Source of the DNA: Planctomycetaceae bacterium
Lineage (GTDB): Bacteria > Planctomycetota > Planctomycetia > Pirellulales > UBA1268
Assembly: GCA_947449135.1 (NCBI GenBank)
Contig: CANFQO010000001.1
Coordinates: forward strand, 84,946-148,945
Length of the DNA stretch: 64,000 nucleotides
Reading direction: 5' to 3'
Positions 39,801-48,173 of the stretch are shown piece by piece (the stretch's first letter is position 1; every line of letters begins with the position of its first letter). A model generated the notes under the pieces. It saw only the letters and a program-made list of their open reading frames with translations. It had not been told where the DNA came from and searched no databases. Both the position numbers and the translations under genes were made by a program.

Positions 39801-40162
39801 ATCGTGGCGGAGGGCGACAGCAGCGATTCCACCACATAGGCAGGCAACTGCTCGTTCCTGATGTCCGCGGGCATCCGGGCGAGGTCGGGGCCGAGGGCCA
39901 CAGGGCCTGCACCGGTGCTGTGGCAGGTGGTGCAGGCGAGCTGCGCGGTATGAAACACCCGGGCCCCGCGGCTGGCGTCGCCGGCGTTCACGCAGGCATC
40001 TGCCAACGTCTGCCGATCCTCAGTCGAGAGCCTCTCGGCCAATCCACCTCCCTGCTGCCCCTGTATCGGGCTCCCGCCAAGCCCGAGGACAAGTGCCATC
40101 GACAACACCGCCCATGGCAGTGGTCGGGCAGAGCTCGGCAACGTGCAGCGGGTGAGAACCAT
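36896..40162 (-). CDS. Large secreted protein: two N-terminal c-type heme motifs + membrane-bound-dehydrogenase-like beta-propeller + Ig-like C-terminus
   Basis: Signal peptide; heme motifs CTTCHSTGAGPVALGPDL and CANCHGTLD. A later block, GLYQPLGIKVINGIVHVGCRDRIVRLIDLDGDGQTDRYDTFNDD, is typical of the Pirellula/Verrucomicrobium-type putative membrane-bound dehydrogenase domain. Confidence 0.75.
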   Translation of the reverse strand: MVLTRCTLPSSARPLPWAVLSMALVLGLGGSPIQGQQGGGLAERLSTEDRQTLADACVNAGDASRGARVFHTAQLACTTCHSTGAGPVALGPDLARMPADIRNEQLPAYVVESLLSPSATIRPEYRGITIVNDEGMSLTGIVMRETPEELVLRDAAAAGRELSIPRGSIEASIPSTVSLMPAGLVNLLADRGQFLDLVAYLVAIAQGGPSRAAELRPDPAFFAAAQPAAWENDIDHAAFVGDWADPSISRAALKRGGDIYQRVCANCHGTLDAPGSLPTAPRFAQARLKAGSDPYSLYRTLTSGTGQMVAQTWMVPSQKYDVIHYLRETFFRERNPSLYAEVGPDYLAGLPRGTSRGPEPASLETWRLHDYGPFLAGSFEVGSDGSNVARKGLAVRLDAGPGGVGRGQAWILHELDTLRTAAIWTGSGFIDWAGINFDGRHGAHPRLSGDVLVQLATQPGWADPATGSFADPRPLGRDGLPYGPLPHARFLAVHHAGDQVVLEYRVGNTRVLESASMPQLSIGVGADGAPATTPTVALRSFSFGPRPQPLAARLAMLPAIARIVGEQRENPSPQLVERDGFVDLLVPAGDLPLDVHVAFASAEAPVDSLVSLVTPPSPSSLIGRAAQSLWATPLSTQMVKGDESGPLAVDGLTGPIQNPWNAQLRFSGLDFLDARGTTALLCTWDGDVWRVEGLTAADGRLVWRRIASGLYQPLGIKVINGIVHVGCRDRIVRLIDLDGDGQTDRYDTFNDDHQVTEHFHEFAMGLETDAAGNVYYAKSARHALPAVVPHHGTLLKVTPDGSGTEIVAQGFRAANGVCVEDDGTFWVTDQEGHWNPKNRINHVRAGGFYGNMLGFHGITDASDSAMEPPAVWITNAFDRSPAELLRVPSGRFEPLSGHLLELSYGEGRIHLVLTERVIDPRGSGGMVLQGGLVPLPMDDLPTGIMRGRFSPADGQLYACGLHAWAGNRTAPGGFFRVRRTLHPLRLPLSLHAAPGILELTFSTPLADGAEKPDAWQLRTWEIDRTQEYGSPHRDEQDRAIESAALSADGRTITLTVPGFAATRCYALSWQLPSADGSLVKGSLNGTLH

Positions 40163-40313
40163 ATGGTCGGAACTTCCCTGGGAGAAACAGCATCGGGTGC
40201 CATGTGATTGCTCTCGGGCCGCCGACAGACCCGATTGTATCGTGGCGGTCCTGTGCGGTGGAATCTGCTAGGACCAGCGAGATGGTCAGGCGGCAGACGT
40301 CGATGAAGCGGTC

Positions 40314-40793
40314 TCATGCTGCGTTCCATGTCCGGCGGACCTCGGCCAGTCCGGCGACGCAGACGTCATATTCGCTGCTCAGACGTTCGAGCAGGAGCCG
40401 TTCCGCGGCGGCCTCCTCGGGCTCGAGCGCGCTGGCCATCCAGTAGGCCCGCCGGCCGACGACACGGTAGTCGAGGGGCTCCATGCGCTGCAGCGCCTCA
40501 GGATAGACGCCCGTCCAGAAGAGCGTCGCATCGCCTATACGCCGGTACTCCTCGATCGCTGCAGCAGCCGGCGGCTGCGACACACCATCCAACAGCCGGG
40601 CCAACCGTTCGCGATCGGCAGCGGTACGGTAGGGGAACACGCGGAGATCGTCGCTGCGGATGAACCGTACGAGAAGCGTCGCCACGTACTCGACCAACGG
40701 CGGATCGACCACACCGATCTGGCCGTGGAACACGTTCTCGGTCAGTCCTCTAAAAAACCGGTCGACGTCATCTTGGTCACTGGCGGAAAACAT
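40314..40793 (-). CDS. Hypothetical protein (159 aa), no recognisable family
   Basis: ATG 40793 is preceded by a strong AAGGAGG at a 10-nt spacing. Composition is coding-like, but I recognise no motifs. Confidence 0.6.
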   Translation of the reverse strand: MFSASDQDDVDRFFRGLTENVFHGQIGVVDPPLVEYVATLLVRFIRSDDLRVFPYRTAADRERLARLLDGVSQPPAAAAIEEYRRIGDATLFWTGVYPEALQRMEPLDYRVVGRRAYWMASALEPEEAAAERLLLERLSSEYDVCVAGLAEVRRTWNAA

Positions 40794-40934
40794 GGTCGAG
40801 CAGCCTCCTTGGCCCTCACACGCTTCTTCCGAAAAACCCAATGCTCATTCTATCAAAAGTCGCAGAAAGCGATCATCGGGCTTTGGTATCGACAGCACTC
40901 TCTGCATCGTCTCCGCTGCCCTGCGCGGTGGCCT

Positions 40935-43900
40935 CTAGTGAACCGTGTTCTCACCGACGCGACTCCCAGCCGACGACAGAGCGGACGGATGCAGTTCTCG
41001 AGCATCCGCGTTGCTTCGCCCCCGGAGCGGCCGTGGCGTGGCAAGGGCGGCAAGCACCTGCGCGGGGCCGAGATGCCCGCGTCGTCCGCCATACCACGCC
41101 ACGGAACGGTCCACGACGGGCAGCGTCCGAAATTCGCAGTCGTGCGGATGGAATTGCCGGCCGTCGTAGACCAGCACCTCTCCGCTCGACGGACTCCACG
41201 CCGCCAACTGCACCCAGCGGTTGTCGAACAGCCGCCTGACGGCTGGCGACCGGTCGGCAGCGGACAGAATATCTTCCGGTTCGGCATCGACCACCATCAA
41301 AAGACGCAGCGGTTCGTGGATCTCCACCGTCTGCCATGGGAGTCCGGTGCGCAGGTCGCTGGCGTGGCCGTCCATCACGCCCAACAGCCCGGTAATGTTG
41401 TGGGGGAGCTTGGTTCCGCACCCAAACCGCAGTCGATCGACCCGCGAGAAGTAGTAGGCCAGATTGATCCCGGAAGCGACGGGGCAGACCCCGGCGAGCG
41501 TGCGGGCCAGTATGTCGTTGTCATTGTCGGACTGTGGATCGTAGGACACGAGGAACGAGCGGCGATCGAGGAACAGGCCACGGGTCCGTGCTCTCCGCCC
41601 GATCAAGCAGACGGCGTTGGTGGCGTGTCCGAGTTCCGGACGAACCTGCGCCATGTCTGCGGCTCGTGATGCGACATGCGACAGCGCAGCTGCAGGCGTG
41701 ACGTTCAAGGGCACGTCATGAAATCGCCGGCAACGTTCGTGCGCGTCTGCGGCGGACACCTGCCTGCTGACGGCGGTCAGTCGCCGCATATCCTCCGCAT
41801 GCGTCTCGGGAACGAGTTGCTCGTCGTACCAGGTCAACTCGTTGGTACAGGTGTCGAGGATTCCACCGACAAAGCATGTGTCGGGCGCGATGCTCAATCC
41901 CCACTCGGCGAGTTGGCGGCGGACACGAGCGTCATTCGCCATCAGTGCCAACGCCCGGGCATTGGCGCCGCCGGGCCTGCCGCCGCACGCGCCACAATGA
42001 TAGGCGCTCTCGTGCGGGTTGTTGGAGCTCGTCGACCCATGGCCAACGACCGCAACCAGTCGGGCGAGACGGTGGGTGATGCCGATATCCTCCAGCGTTC
42101 TACGGACGGATTGTGCCATCGTGACAATGTCGAAACCGAGCGGCAGACCGTCTTCCGACACGGTGTCGCCGACCCGCTCGATGACAAGCCGCGTGCCGAC
42201 GCCAGCACCCGACGTCCCGGCGGTACGTGGGATCATGCGGGCCGCAAGTCGTGGGAAGAGCACCCGGGCTACCAGTGGAATCGTCGCCAGGGCGCCGAAA
42301 AAAGTCGCGAAGATGCCGCCACAGAACGAAGTGACACCGCCGGTCGTAAAAGCCGCCCGCAGGAGACTGGTGGCCCGAGTCACGTGCCTGCGGGTCGAAC
42401 AGAGCTTTTCCGAACCGAGGGCTGGCACTTCGATGACCGCGTTCGTCGGCCGCATGACGATGGGGCACAGTGATACCGGATGCCAGTCATCAATGCCGCG
42501 AAACGACATCGGCACGGAGAAGAATCCGGCAGTCCCAAACGTCTCATATGCCTGCCCCAGCTCTTCGAGGTGCCGCCGGAACGACTCACACCTCTCGTCC
42601 ATGCAGAAGACAGCCTGGACGAGGGGAGTGATGCACTCCGACACTGGTTGCATGCTGCCATGCACGGTGAGCGCGTCGAGCATCGTATTGCGATGGCGTC
42701 GCTCGTACGCCAGATGCAGGATTTTGCGCCGGCTCATCCCATCGAATGTCATGATCGCGTTCTCAAACCGCAGCAGCTCATTTTCGTCGAGCCCGCGGAT
42801 ATCGTCGGGAGTGAGCCCCGCCAGCTGGGAAATCTGGTGAAGAAGGAGTGCCCGGGCGAGCGTGCCGGGGCCTCGGCGTTGCGGAAAGTGATCCCGCAAC
42901 TCCGTCCACAGGCTCGGCAACGAGCAGCCGGCACCACGGCCGGTCGGCGCGTGTAGTCGCGTGGCGGCCCACTCCGCCGCGACCCGGTCGCAGACGAGCC
43001 GCAGCGCGAGGAAATCGATCAGCCGGGCGTTGATGGGCACAGCAGGCGCAAGATCTGGCCGGTCTTCGAGTTGGCGAATCATCCCGGCCCAGCCTCGCAG
43101 CGCAAGAAGGCTGTCACGAATGAATTCGTCCCAATACGTCTCCGGTACCCCGAGCAGCGTCAACTCTCGGGCCACAACTTCGCTGGCATCGCGGCCCTGC
43201 GACTGCTTCAAGGCTGTCGGAACGCCCAACGCCCACGCCTCGCCCCGCCACACTCCCCGTGACCATGACCGGGCGACCGCCTCGAGCAGCCCGCGATCGC
43301 GGCCTGGCATCGGCCAGCGGGCCACGCCCTGGTCGAGAAACGCCGAGCACCATCGAATCAAAAGCGGGTGCACCAACTCGTCGGTGTCGATCGAGGGATT
43401 GACGGCCCGCACGAGGTCCCGGTGCCGTACCGGCGGCTTGTTGAAGCGCAGGGGAGAACCGGTCTGAGACACCGCGACGATGCAGGCATGCCAGAGATCG
43501 CTCGACACGAACTGCTCGTCGGCCGGCTGACCCAAGGGCTGTGTGCGGTCACGGACTGCCGCGTGAGCGGCCACGTCATCGGGAGAACGAAACACGGAAT
43601 CAGGAGCCGTGTGGTGAGACGCAGACGACGTAGCAAGCGTCTCACGAAGAAGATGCCAACGCACGTCGGGGGCGAGATCGTCGCGCAGCCGCTCCACAAT
43701 GTCCTTTTCCGTCAACGTCCATCGCGCTCCGGCGTCGGATTCGCGGCATACGGAATGGAGAAGAATGAGCCTGTGCAGTTCTCTCAGCAACAGCTTTCCG
43801 TGGCAGACAGACTCGTCGAGCGACTGCGTTCGATGCTCTTCGGTAAGCACCGCATCGATGTCAGCCGCGGTGATCCTGCCACGGGCGAGTTCCTCCCGGT

Positions 43901-44126
43901 ATTGCTCCTCGGACAGGTAGGTTTCGGCCTGCAACAGCTTGGAGGCGGTGACCATCGCCTGCTCGAAGGGCTGAGATTCCAGGAAACTGACAGGGTTCTG
44001 CGCGACGAACGTGGCGAGCGGCCCCTGCTGGGGGAGGCACGCTCGTGAGACTTCGACCGCCCGCATGACCCGTGTTCTCTGCTCGGCTGTCACTTCGTCC
44101 ACGGCGTGATCCCGTTGGTTTTGCAT
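40935..44126 (-). CDS. dabA: DUF2309 / DabA-type protein (putative inorganic-carbon pump subunit A)
   Basis: Contains the DUF2309 hallmark blocks. These are QAVFCMDERCESFRRHLEE (Cys-x-Asp), VVGHGSTSSNNPHESAYHCGACGG (His and Cys 15 residues apart), and the C-terminal QVRPELGHATNAVCLIGRR...FLVSYDP...INLAYYFSRVD...GTKLPHNITG. Start at ATG 44126 (GGAAAG upstream); the longest ORF starts at 44225. Confidence 0.85.
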   Translation of the reverse strand: MQNQRDHAVDEVTAEQRTRVMRAVEVSRACLPQQGPLATFVAQNPVSFLESQPFEQAMVTASKLLQAETYLSEEQYREELARGRITAADIDAVLTEEHRTQSLDESVCHGKLLLRELHRLILLHSVCRESDAGARWTLTEKDIVERLRDDLAPDVRWHLLRETLATSSASHHTAPDSVFRSPDDVAAHAAVRDRTQPLGQPADEQFVSSDLWHACIVAVSQTGSPLRFNKPPVRHRDLVRAVNPSIDTDELVHPLLIRWCSAFLDQGVARWPMPGRDRGLLEAVARSWSRGVWRGEAWALGVPTALKQSQGRDASEVVARELTLLGVPETYWDEFIRDSLLALRGWAGMIRQLEDRPDLAPAVPINARLIDFLALRLVCDRVAAEWAATRLHAPTGRGAGCSLPSLWTELRDHFPQRRGPGTLARALLLHQISQLAGLTPDDIRGLDENELLRFENAIMTFDGMSRRKILHLAYERRHRNTMLDALTVHGSMQPVSECITPLVQAVFCMDERCESFRRHLEELGQAYETFGTAGFFSVPMSFRGIDDWHPVSLCPIVMRPTNAVIEVPALGSEKLCSTRRHVTRATSLLRAAFTTGGVTSFCGGIFATFFGALATIPLVARVLFPRLAARMIPRTAGTSGAGVGTRLVIERVGDTVSEDGLPLGFDIVTMAQSVRRTLEDIGITHRLARLVAVVGHGSTSSNNPHESAYHCGACGGRPGGANARALALMANDARVRRQLAEWGLSIAPDTCFVGGILDTCTNELTWYDEQLVPETHAEDMRRLTAVSRQVSAADAHERCRRFHDVPLNVTPAAALSHVASRAADMAQVRPELGHATNAVCLIGRRARTRGLFLDRRSFLVSYDPQSDNDNDILARTLAGVCPVASGINLAYYFSRVDRLRFGCGTKLPHNITGLLGVMDGHASDLRTGLPWQTVEIHEPLRLLMVVDAEPEDILSAADRSPAVRRLFDNRWVQLAAWSPSSGEVLVYDGRQFHPHDCEFRTLPVVDRSVAWYGGRRGHLGPAQVLAALATPRPLRGRSNADARELHPSALSSAGSRVGENTVH

Positions 44127-44550
44127 GGTCAGATCTTTCCTGGAGGCAGAATTGGCGGCAGAAGGCTGGTCCGCGGAATGCCGATGTCGGTTGATGACGA
44201 GATGGCAAAGCAAATGCGACGCCACCGCCGGCTTGCAATGCAGTTAGGAGTGACATCGCTGGCGGAAATCGTGAGCTTTTGCGTCGCGAGAGCGTCACCG
44301 TGTGTCGGAGCGCGTGCGGCCGAGTGCCTACAATGCGGGCACGGGCACCATCGTGGTGCCGAAGAAAGTGGCATGCCGGCCGCGACAGCCCGTGAGACTG
44401 CCCACAAGATCGAGGCCGCCATCGTCAGCACGCAGCGGGGATCCCGGACCTGCGCCGCGTGGACATCAGGACGACATCACACGCAAGCGGCATCGTTTCG
44501 GACCAGCCCGCACATCTGATGGGTCTTCCGCACGCCCCGCTCCGGGGTCG

Positions 44551-46725
44551 CTACTCTGCCGGAAACGGCCCCGTGAACACCAGTCGCTCGCCCGTGGAGT
44601 CAAATCCCGTCAGATACGGGATCGATGCGGAAACGAGCGTACCCGCGTGTTCACCCCGGATCACGTAGCCCTCCGCCCAGACGTAGTTATCGAGTCCGCG
44701 GACGTAGAGTTCTGCGGCATAGGGCTGGGGGCGGCCTGGGAGCGACTCGGGCCAGGATGCTCCCCCGAAATACAGGTCAGGCCAGCGATTACCACGGTCG
44801 GGATCCATCGGATCAACGACGAGGATCTCTGAATGCCCGCCGGCACCCCAGTGCGCGGCGACCGCATGAGCGTCCGTTCCGACCGTCCAGCGAATGTGGC
44901 CCGCGCCAGAGCGGCCGGAGTTGCGAAAGAGCGAGATCGCCAGGTCAGTCGCACGAATGCAGTCGAAGACTCCTCGCGCGAGCGCGTCGCGGAGCGTGAG
45001 CGTCGCACCATACTGTCCGCCACGATCGGCTATCTCGTCGGCCCGGCGGCAGGCGTCCGTGAACGCCTCGACGGACGTGCCGGTCAACGCACTCGCCTCC
45101 TCGACGAGACGCGGGTGGAAGCGGTCGCCCCACTCCATCCCGGCGAACGAATGTCCGCGGTAGAAGAGCACGCCCATCAACTGCTCCACCGTGGCGTTGG
45201 GCATCAGCTGGTCGAACCGCCGCAGCACCTCGCACTCGCGCGCGAGACAGCCGGCGTTATCCGCGCGAAACAGCATGTTGATCAGAAAACTGCACTCGTA
45301 GGGCGTGCGAGCCGCCGCAGCGAGCGTGCGGCGGTTCCCAAGCGACAGACAGTTCGCGAGCGCCATGTAATTCGCCCGTCTCGCCGGCGGCACGACCGTA
45401 CTTTCGCCGGAGATGTATTGCTCGTCCTGCAACGCTTCCAGGCGATCATCCGGCATATGAAATATCCTCTCAGCCTGCCGCTCCACCTCCAGGAAGTTGG
45501 CCCGGCCATGCAGCGTGAGCATGCCGGCCGGTAGACAACTCGCGCTGCTGAGGATGTCGTAACGTCCGCCATGCTCGTCGATCGCGCGAAATGGCTCTGG
45601 GCATGCCTTCTGAAACCGCAACGCGGTGTCGTAGTTGCCAACCAGACGGTCGAGCCAGCGGTGCAGGTCGACGAGCCAAAAACTTGCCGACGCCAACTCG
45701 GCCGACCACCGTCTCGTCAGCCCAATGTCGCGATTGCGCACGGCTTCGTTCAGTCGGCAGAGGCAGAACCCGGGCCATGTCGATTCGTCGGAGAAATCCA
45801 CCGGGCGGAGTTCGTCAGGGAAGGCTGCGGCCGCCGCCACCAGATCGGCCAAGGCCTGCGCCTCGACATGGAACTGCTCGGCAGCCTCCCAGGCCGGCTG
45901 GTTGATCCGTTGCTCATTCACGAGAAACTGTTGAAGCCGCGATTGATGCCAGCGGAAGTCGTCCATGGCGGTCGTCAGAGACTCGCGTCCGGGGATGAGA
46001 AGCATCGCGACTGTCGTTCCCGGACCGCCGTTGAGATCGCCCATGTCCGGGGGAATTTGGTTGGACAGCGTCCCATCTGCCACAGGGCTGATGCAGCTCT
46101 TGCCCTTCGGATTCCGGCTCCCGAGCAGGACGACCCGGCTCAGTGGCAGGCAGTGCAAGGCACGTCGCTCGAGTGACTCGAACATAGAGGCCGGCCGTTC
46201 GTGAGACGGCGTGGCAGCAACGCGAACAGACGGCAACGAGGATGTCACTGTCAGCCCGTTTCCGGGGAACACACTCTCGAAGAAGGACGCTTGGGCGGCA
46301 CCGATGCCGGCGAGGACGACGCCCGAGACCGTGCCGACGGCCGCGCCGAGCACGAGCAACCGGACGAGATCGAGGTCGCGTCGCTGCCTCACCGTGGACT
46401 GCACGAGAACGGTCACGGTGGTAAGGATGCCCAGCAGCATGCCGGCGCTCCAGCCCGCGATCGCCGGGGCGACTCCATCGCTCACACCCGACAGCATCCG
46501 TGCGGCGGTCGCGAGAAGGGCAATGCACCCGCCGGCGCGGATGCCGAAGAACCAGGTCGCCAATGTCACCGGAACGAGGTAGAAAAAACTGAGCGAGAAA
46601 TTGCGCAGCACGATCGAGTCGAAAAAGAACACGACACCGAGGCTGCCGAGAACCGTTACCCAATGGAGCAACGGATGCCAGGCTGTGCCGGCTCTGTCGC
46701 GGCTTTCTGTCGGTTTTGCAAGCAT
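44551..46725 (-). CDS. Membrane-anchored protein: 4-5 N-terminal TM helices (DUF4118-like), large unknown middle, C-terminal transglutaminase-like Cys-His-Asp core
   Basis: The N-terminus, SLSFFYLVPVTLATWFFGIRAGGCIALLATAARML, resembles DUF4118 sensor helices. The C-terminus, GVFDCIRATDLAISLFRNSG...HAVAAHWGAGGHSEILVVDPMD, fits the transglutaminase-core order C...H...D. The domain calls are tentative; the ORF itself is convincing. Confidence 0.6.
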   Translation of the reverse strand: MLAKPTESRDRAGTAWHPLLHWVTVLGSLGVVFFFDSIVLRNFSLSFFYLVPVTLATWFFGIRAGGCIALLATAARMLSGVSDGVAPAIAGWSAGMLLGILTTVTVLVQSTVRQRRDLDLVRLLVLGAAVGTVSGVVLAGIGAAQASFFESVFPGNGLTVTSSLPSVRVAATPSHERPASMFESLERRALHCLPLSRVVLLGSRNPKGKSCISPVADGTLSNQIPPDMGDLNGGPGTTVAMLLIPGRESLTTAMDDFRWHQSRLQQFLVNEQRINQPAWEAAEQFHVEAQALADLVAAAAAFPDELRPVDFSDESTWPGFCLCRLNEAVRNRDIGLTRRWSAELASASFWLVDLHRWLDRLVGNYDTALRFQKACPEPFRAIDEHGGRYDILSSASCLPAGMLTLHGRANFLEVERQAERIFHMPDDRLEALQDEQYISGESTVVPPARRANYMALANCLSLGNRRTLAAAARTPYECSFLINMLFRADNAGCLARECEVLRRFDQLMPNATVEQLMGVLFYRGHSFAGMEWGDRFHPRLVEEASALTGTSVEAFTDACRRADEIADRGGQYGATLTLRDALARGVFDCIRATDLAISLFRNSGRSGAGHIRWTVGTDAHAVAAHWGAGGHSEILVVDPMDPDRGNRWPDLYFGGASWPESLPGRPQPYAAELYVRGLDNYVWAEGYVIRGEHAGTLVSASIPYLTGFDSTGERLVFTGPFPAE

Positions 46726-46782
46726 GGGGATAGACTAGTACACGCGTCGGTTGCCTACAACAAGCAGCCGCACCGGTTCCGC

Positions 46783-47232
46783 CTAGAAGCGGGGCCGCCC
46801 AACTCTCGGCCCTCGTCCTCCGCCAAGAGGATCACACGCTCGATGCAAACAAGCGACCGCCGACAGACAACGCTTATCGGCCGGCACCAGGGATCGACCG
46901 AGGAAACTGTGCTTCCAGCAGCGTCTCAGCTTTCGTCCTATGACTGAGCACCGTCGCAAGGCTGACAACCTCGAGCCCATCGAGGCAGCGGCAGCGTGGT
47001 CACGTCGGGATGAATAGGAGCGGAAGTGAGTGCTGTTGTCCCAGACCCGCAGACTGTCAGGACGGCGGCCAGTGAGCAGGCATGAGTGGGACGGATTGCA
47101 GAGGGCTACGTGCCCTCCAGATTGTCTTGTGTGGATCACCATTGTCATGGCCTTCGCCGGTCTCTGCCCCACGTCGAAGGCCTTCAAGACAGCCGCAGTT
47201 TCGGCCAGTCGACACATATCGTATAGTCGCAA
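46783..47232 (-). pseudogene. Sulfatase gene relic (active-site region only)
   Basis: The ORF translation contains RLAETAAVL...ALCNPSHSCLLTGRRPDSLRVWDNSTHFRS, which is the sulfatase CxPSR-LLTGR block with Arg changed to His. The expected next block appears only in a +1-shifted frame (HPDVTTLPLPRW). The N-terminal DD-metal-binding block is missing because the opposite-strand gene starts at 47265. Confidence 0.45.
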
Positions 47233-47264
47233 CCGCTTTGGAATCCCAGCATCAGGGGGACGTC

Positions 47265-48122
47265 ATGACACAGACAGCCGGCACCCGTCCGCTCGACGAC
47301 CACCACGTGGCGGAATACGCCCGCGAGGGCTTCGCGATCGCGCGAGGCTTCTTTAACGCGGACGAGATCGACCTCCTCCGCCGGGCCGCCAAGGAAGATC
47401 GCGAGCTCGACGCCCACGCCTTCGGCCGGGCCGACGGCGAGGGGGGCACCGTGCGGCTCTCCCTCTGGAACCATCCTGGCGACGGCATCTACGGCATGTT
47501 TGCCCGCTGCGAGCGGATCGTGCGTTCGGCCGAGCGGCTCCTCCATGGCGAGGTCTACCACTACCACTCAAAAATGATCATGAAGGACGCCCGCGTCGGC
47601 GGAGCGTGGACCTGGCATCAGGACTATGGCTACTGGTATCAGAATGGTGTGCTTGCGCCGCTGCTCACCAGCGTGTCCATCGCCGTCGACCGGGCCACAA
47701 AGGAGAACGGCTGCCTGCAGGTCATCGCCCGCTCGCACGAACTGGGCCGAATCGATCACGTCCTCAGCGGTGAGCAGGCCGGTGCCGACATGGAGAGGGT
47801 GAACGTGGCGCTCGAGCGACTGCCGCTCGTGTACTGTGAGATGGAGCCGGGCGACGCCATCTTCTTCCACGCCAACCTGCTACACCGCTCCGACATGAAC
47901 CGTTCCGACGAGCCTCGCTGGTCGATGATCTGCTGCTACAACGCCGCCCGGAACGACCCCTACAAGGATTCGCACCACCCCCGCTATACGCCGCTCGATG
48001 TCGTGCCCGATGCACGAATCCGTGAGGTGGGGATCCGACGATTCGCCGACTCGGGGGCCGATGTTGCCTGGCTGACCGATGAAAAGGATCGCTCGGCACG
48101 GCTGCTCAAAAAGTCGACCTGA
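47265..48122 (+). CDS. Phytanoyl-CoA dioxygenase (PhyH) family Fe(II)/2-oxoglutarate oxygenase
   Basis: EYAREGFAIARGFFNADEI, the facial-triad candidates WHQDYGYW (H, D) and FFHANLLHRS (H), and the C-terminal pattern are typical of PhyH. ATG 47265 is preceded by GGGGGA. Confidence 0.8.
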   Translation: MTQTAGTRPLDDHHVAEYAREGFAIARGFFNADEIDLLRRAAKEDRELDAHAFGRADGEGGTVRLSLWNHPGDGIYGMFARCERIVRSAERLLHGEVYHYHSKMIMKDARVGGAWTWHQDYGYWYQNGVLAPLLTSVSIAVDRATKENGCLQVIARSHELGRIDHVLSGEQAGADMERVNVALERLPLVYCEMEPGDAIFFHANLLHRSDMNRSDEPRWSMICCYNAARNDPYKDSHHPRYTPLDVVPDARIREVGIRRFADSGADVAWLTDEKDRSARLLKKST

Positions 48123-48173
48123 CGGACCGGCTGCAGGATCACGCCGTCTCAATCTACGGAGCAGGCAAGAACC

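Noticed and set aside
44551-46725. Considered whether this membrane protein is the missing DabB
   Set aside because: It has only 4-5 TM helices confined to the first 150 aa and a large soluble remainder. It shows none of the 12-14-TM NuoL/MnhA-type pattern expected of DabB.
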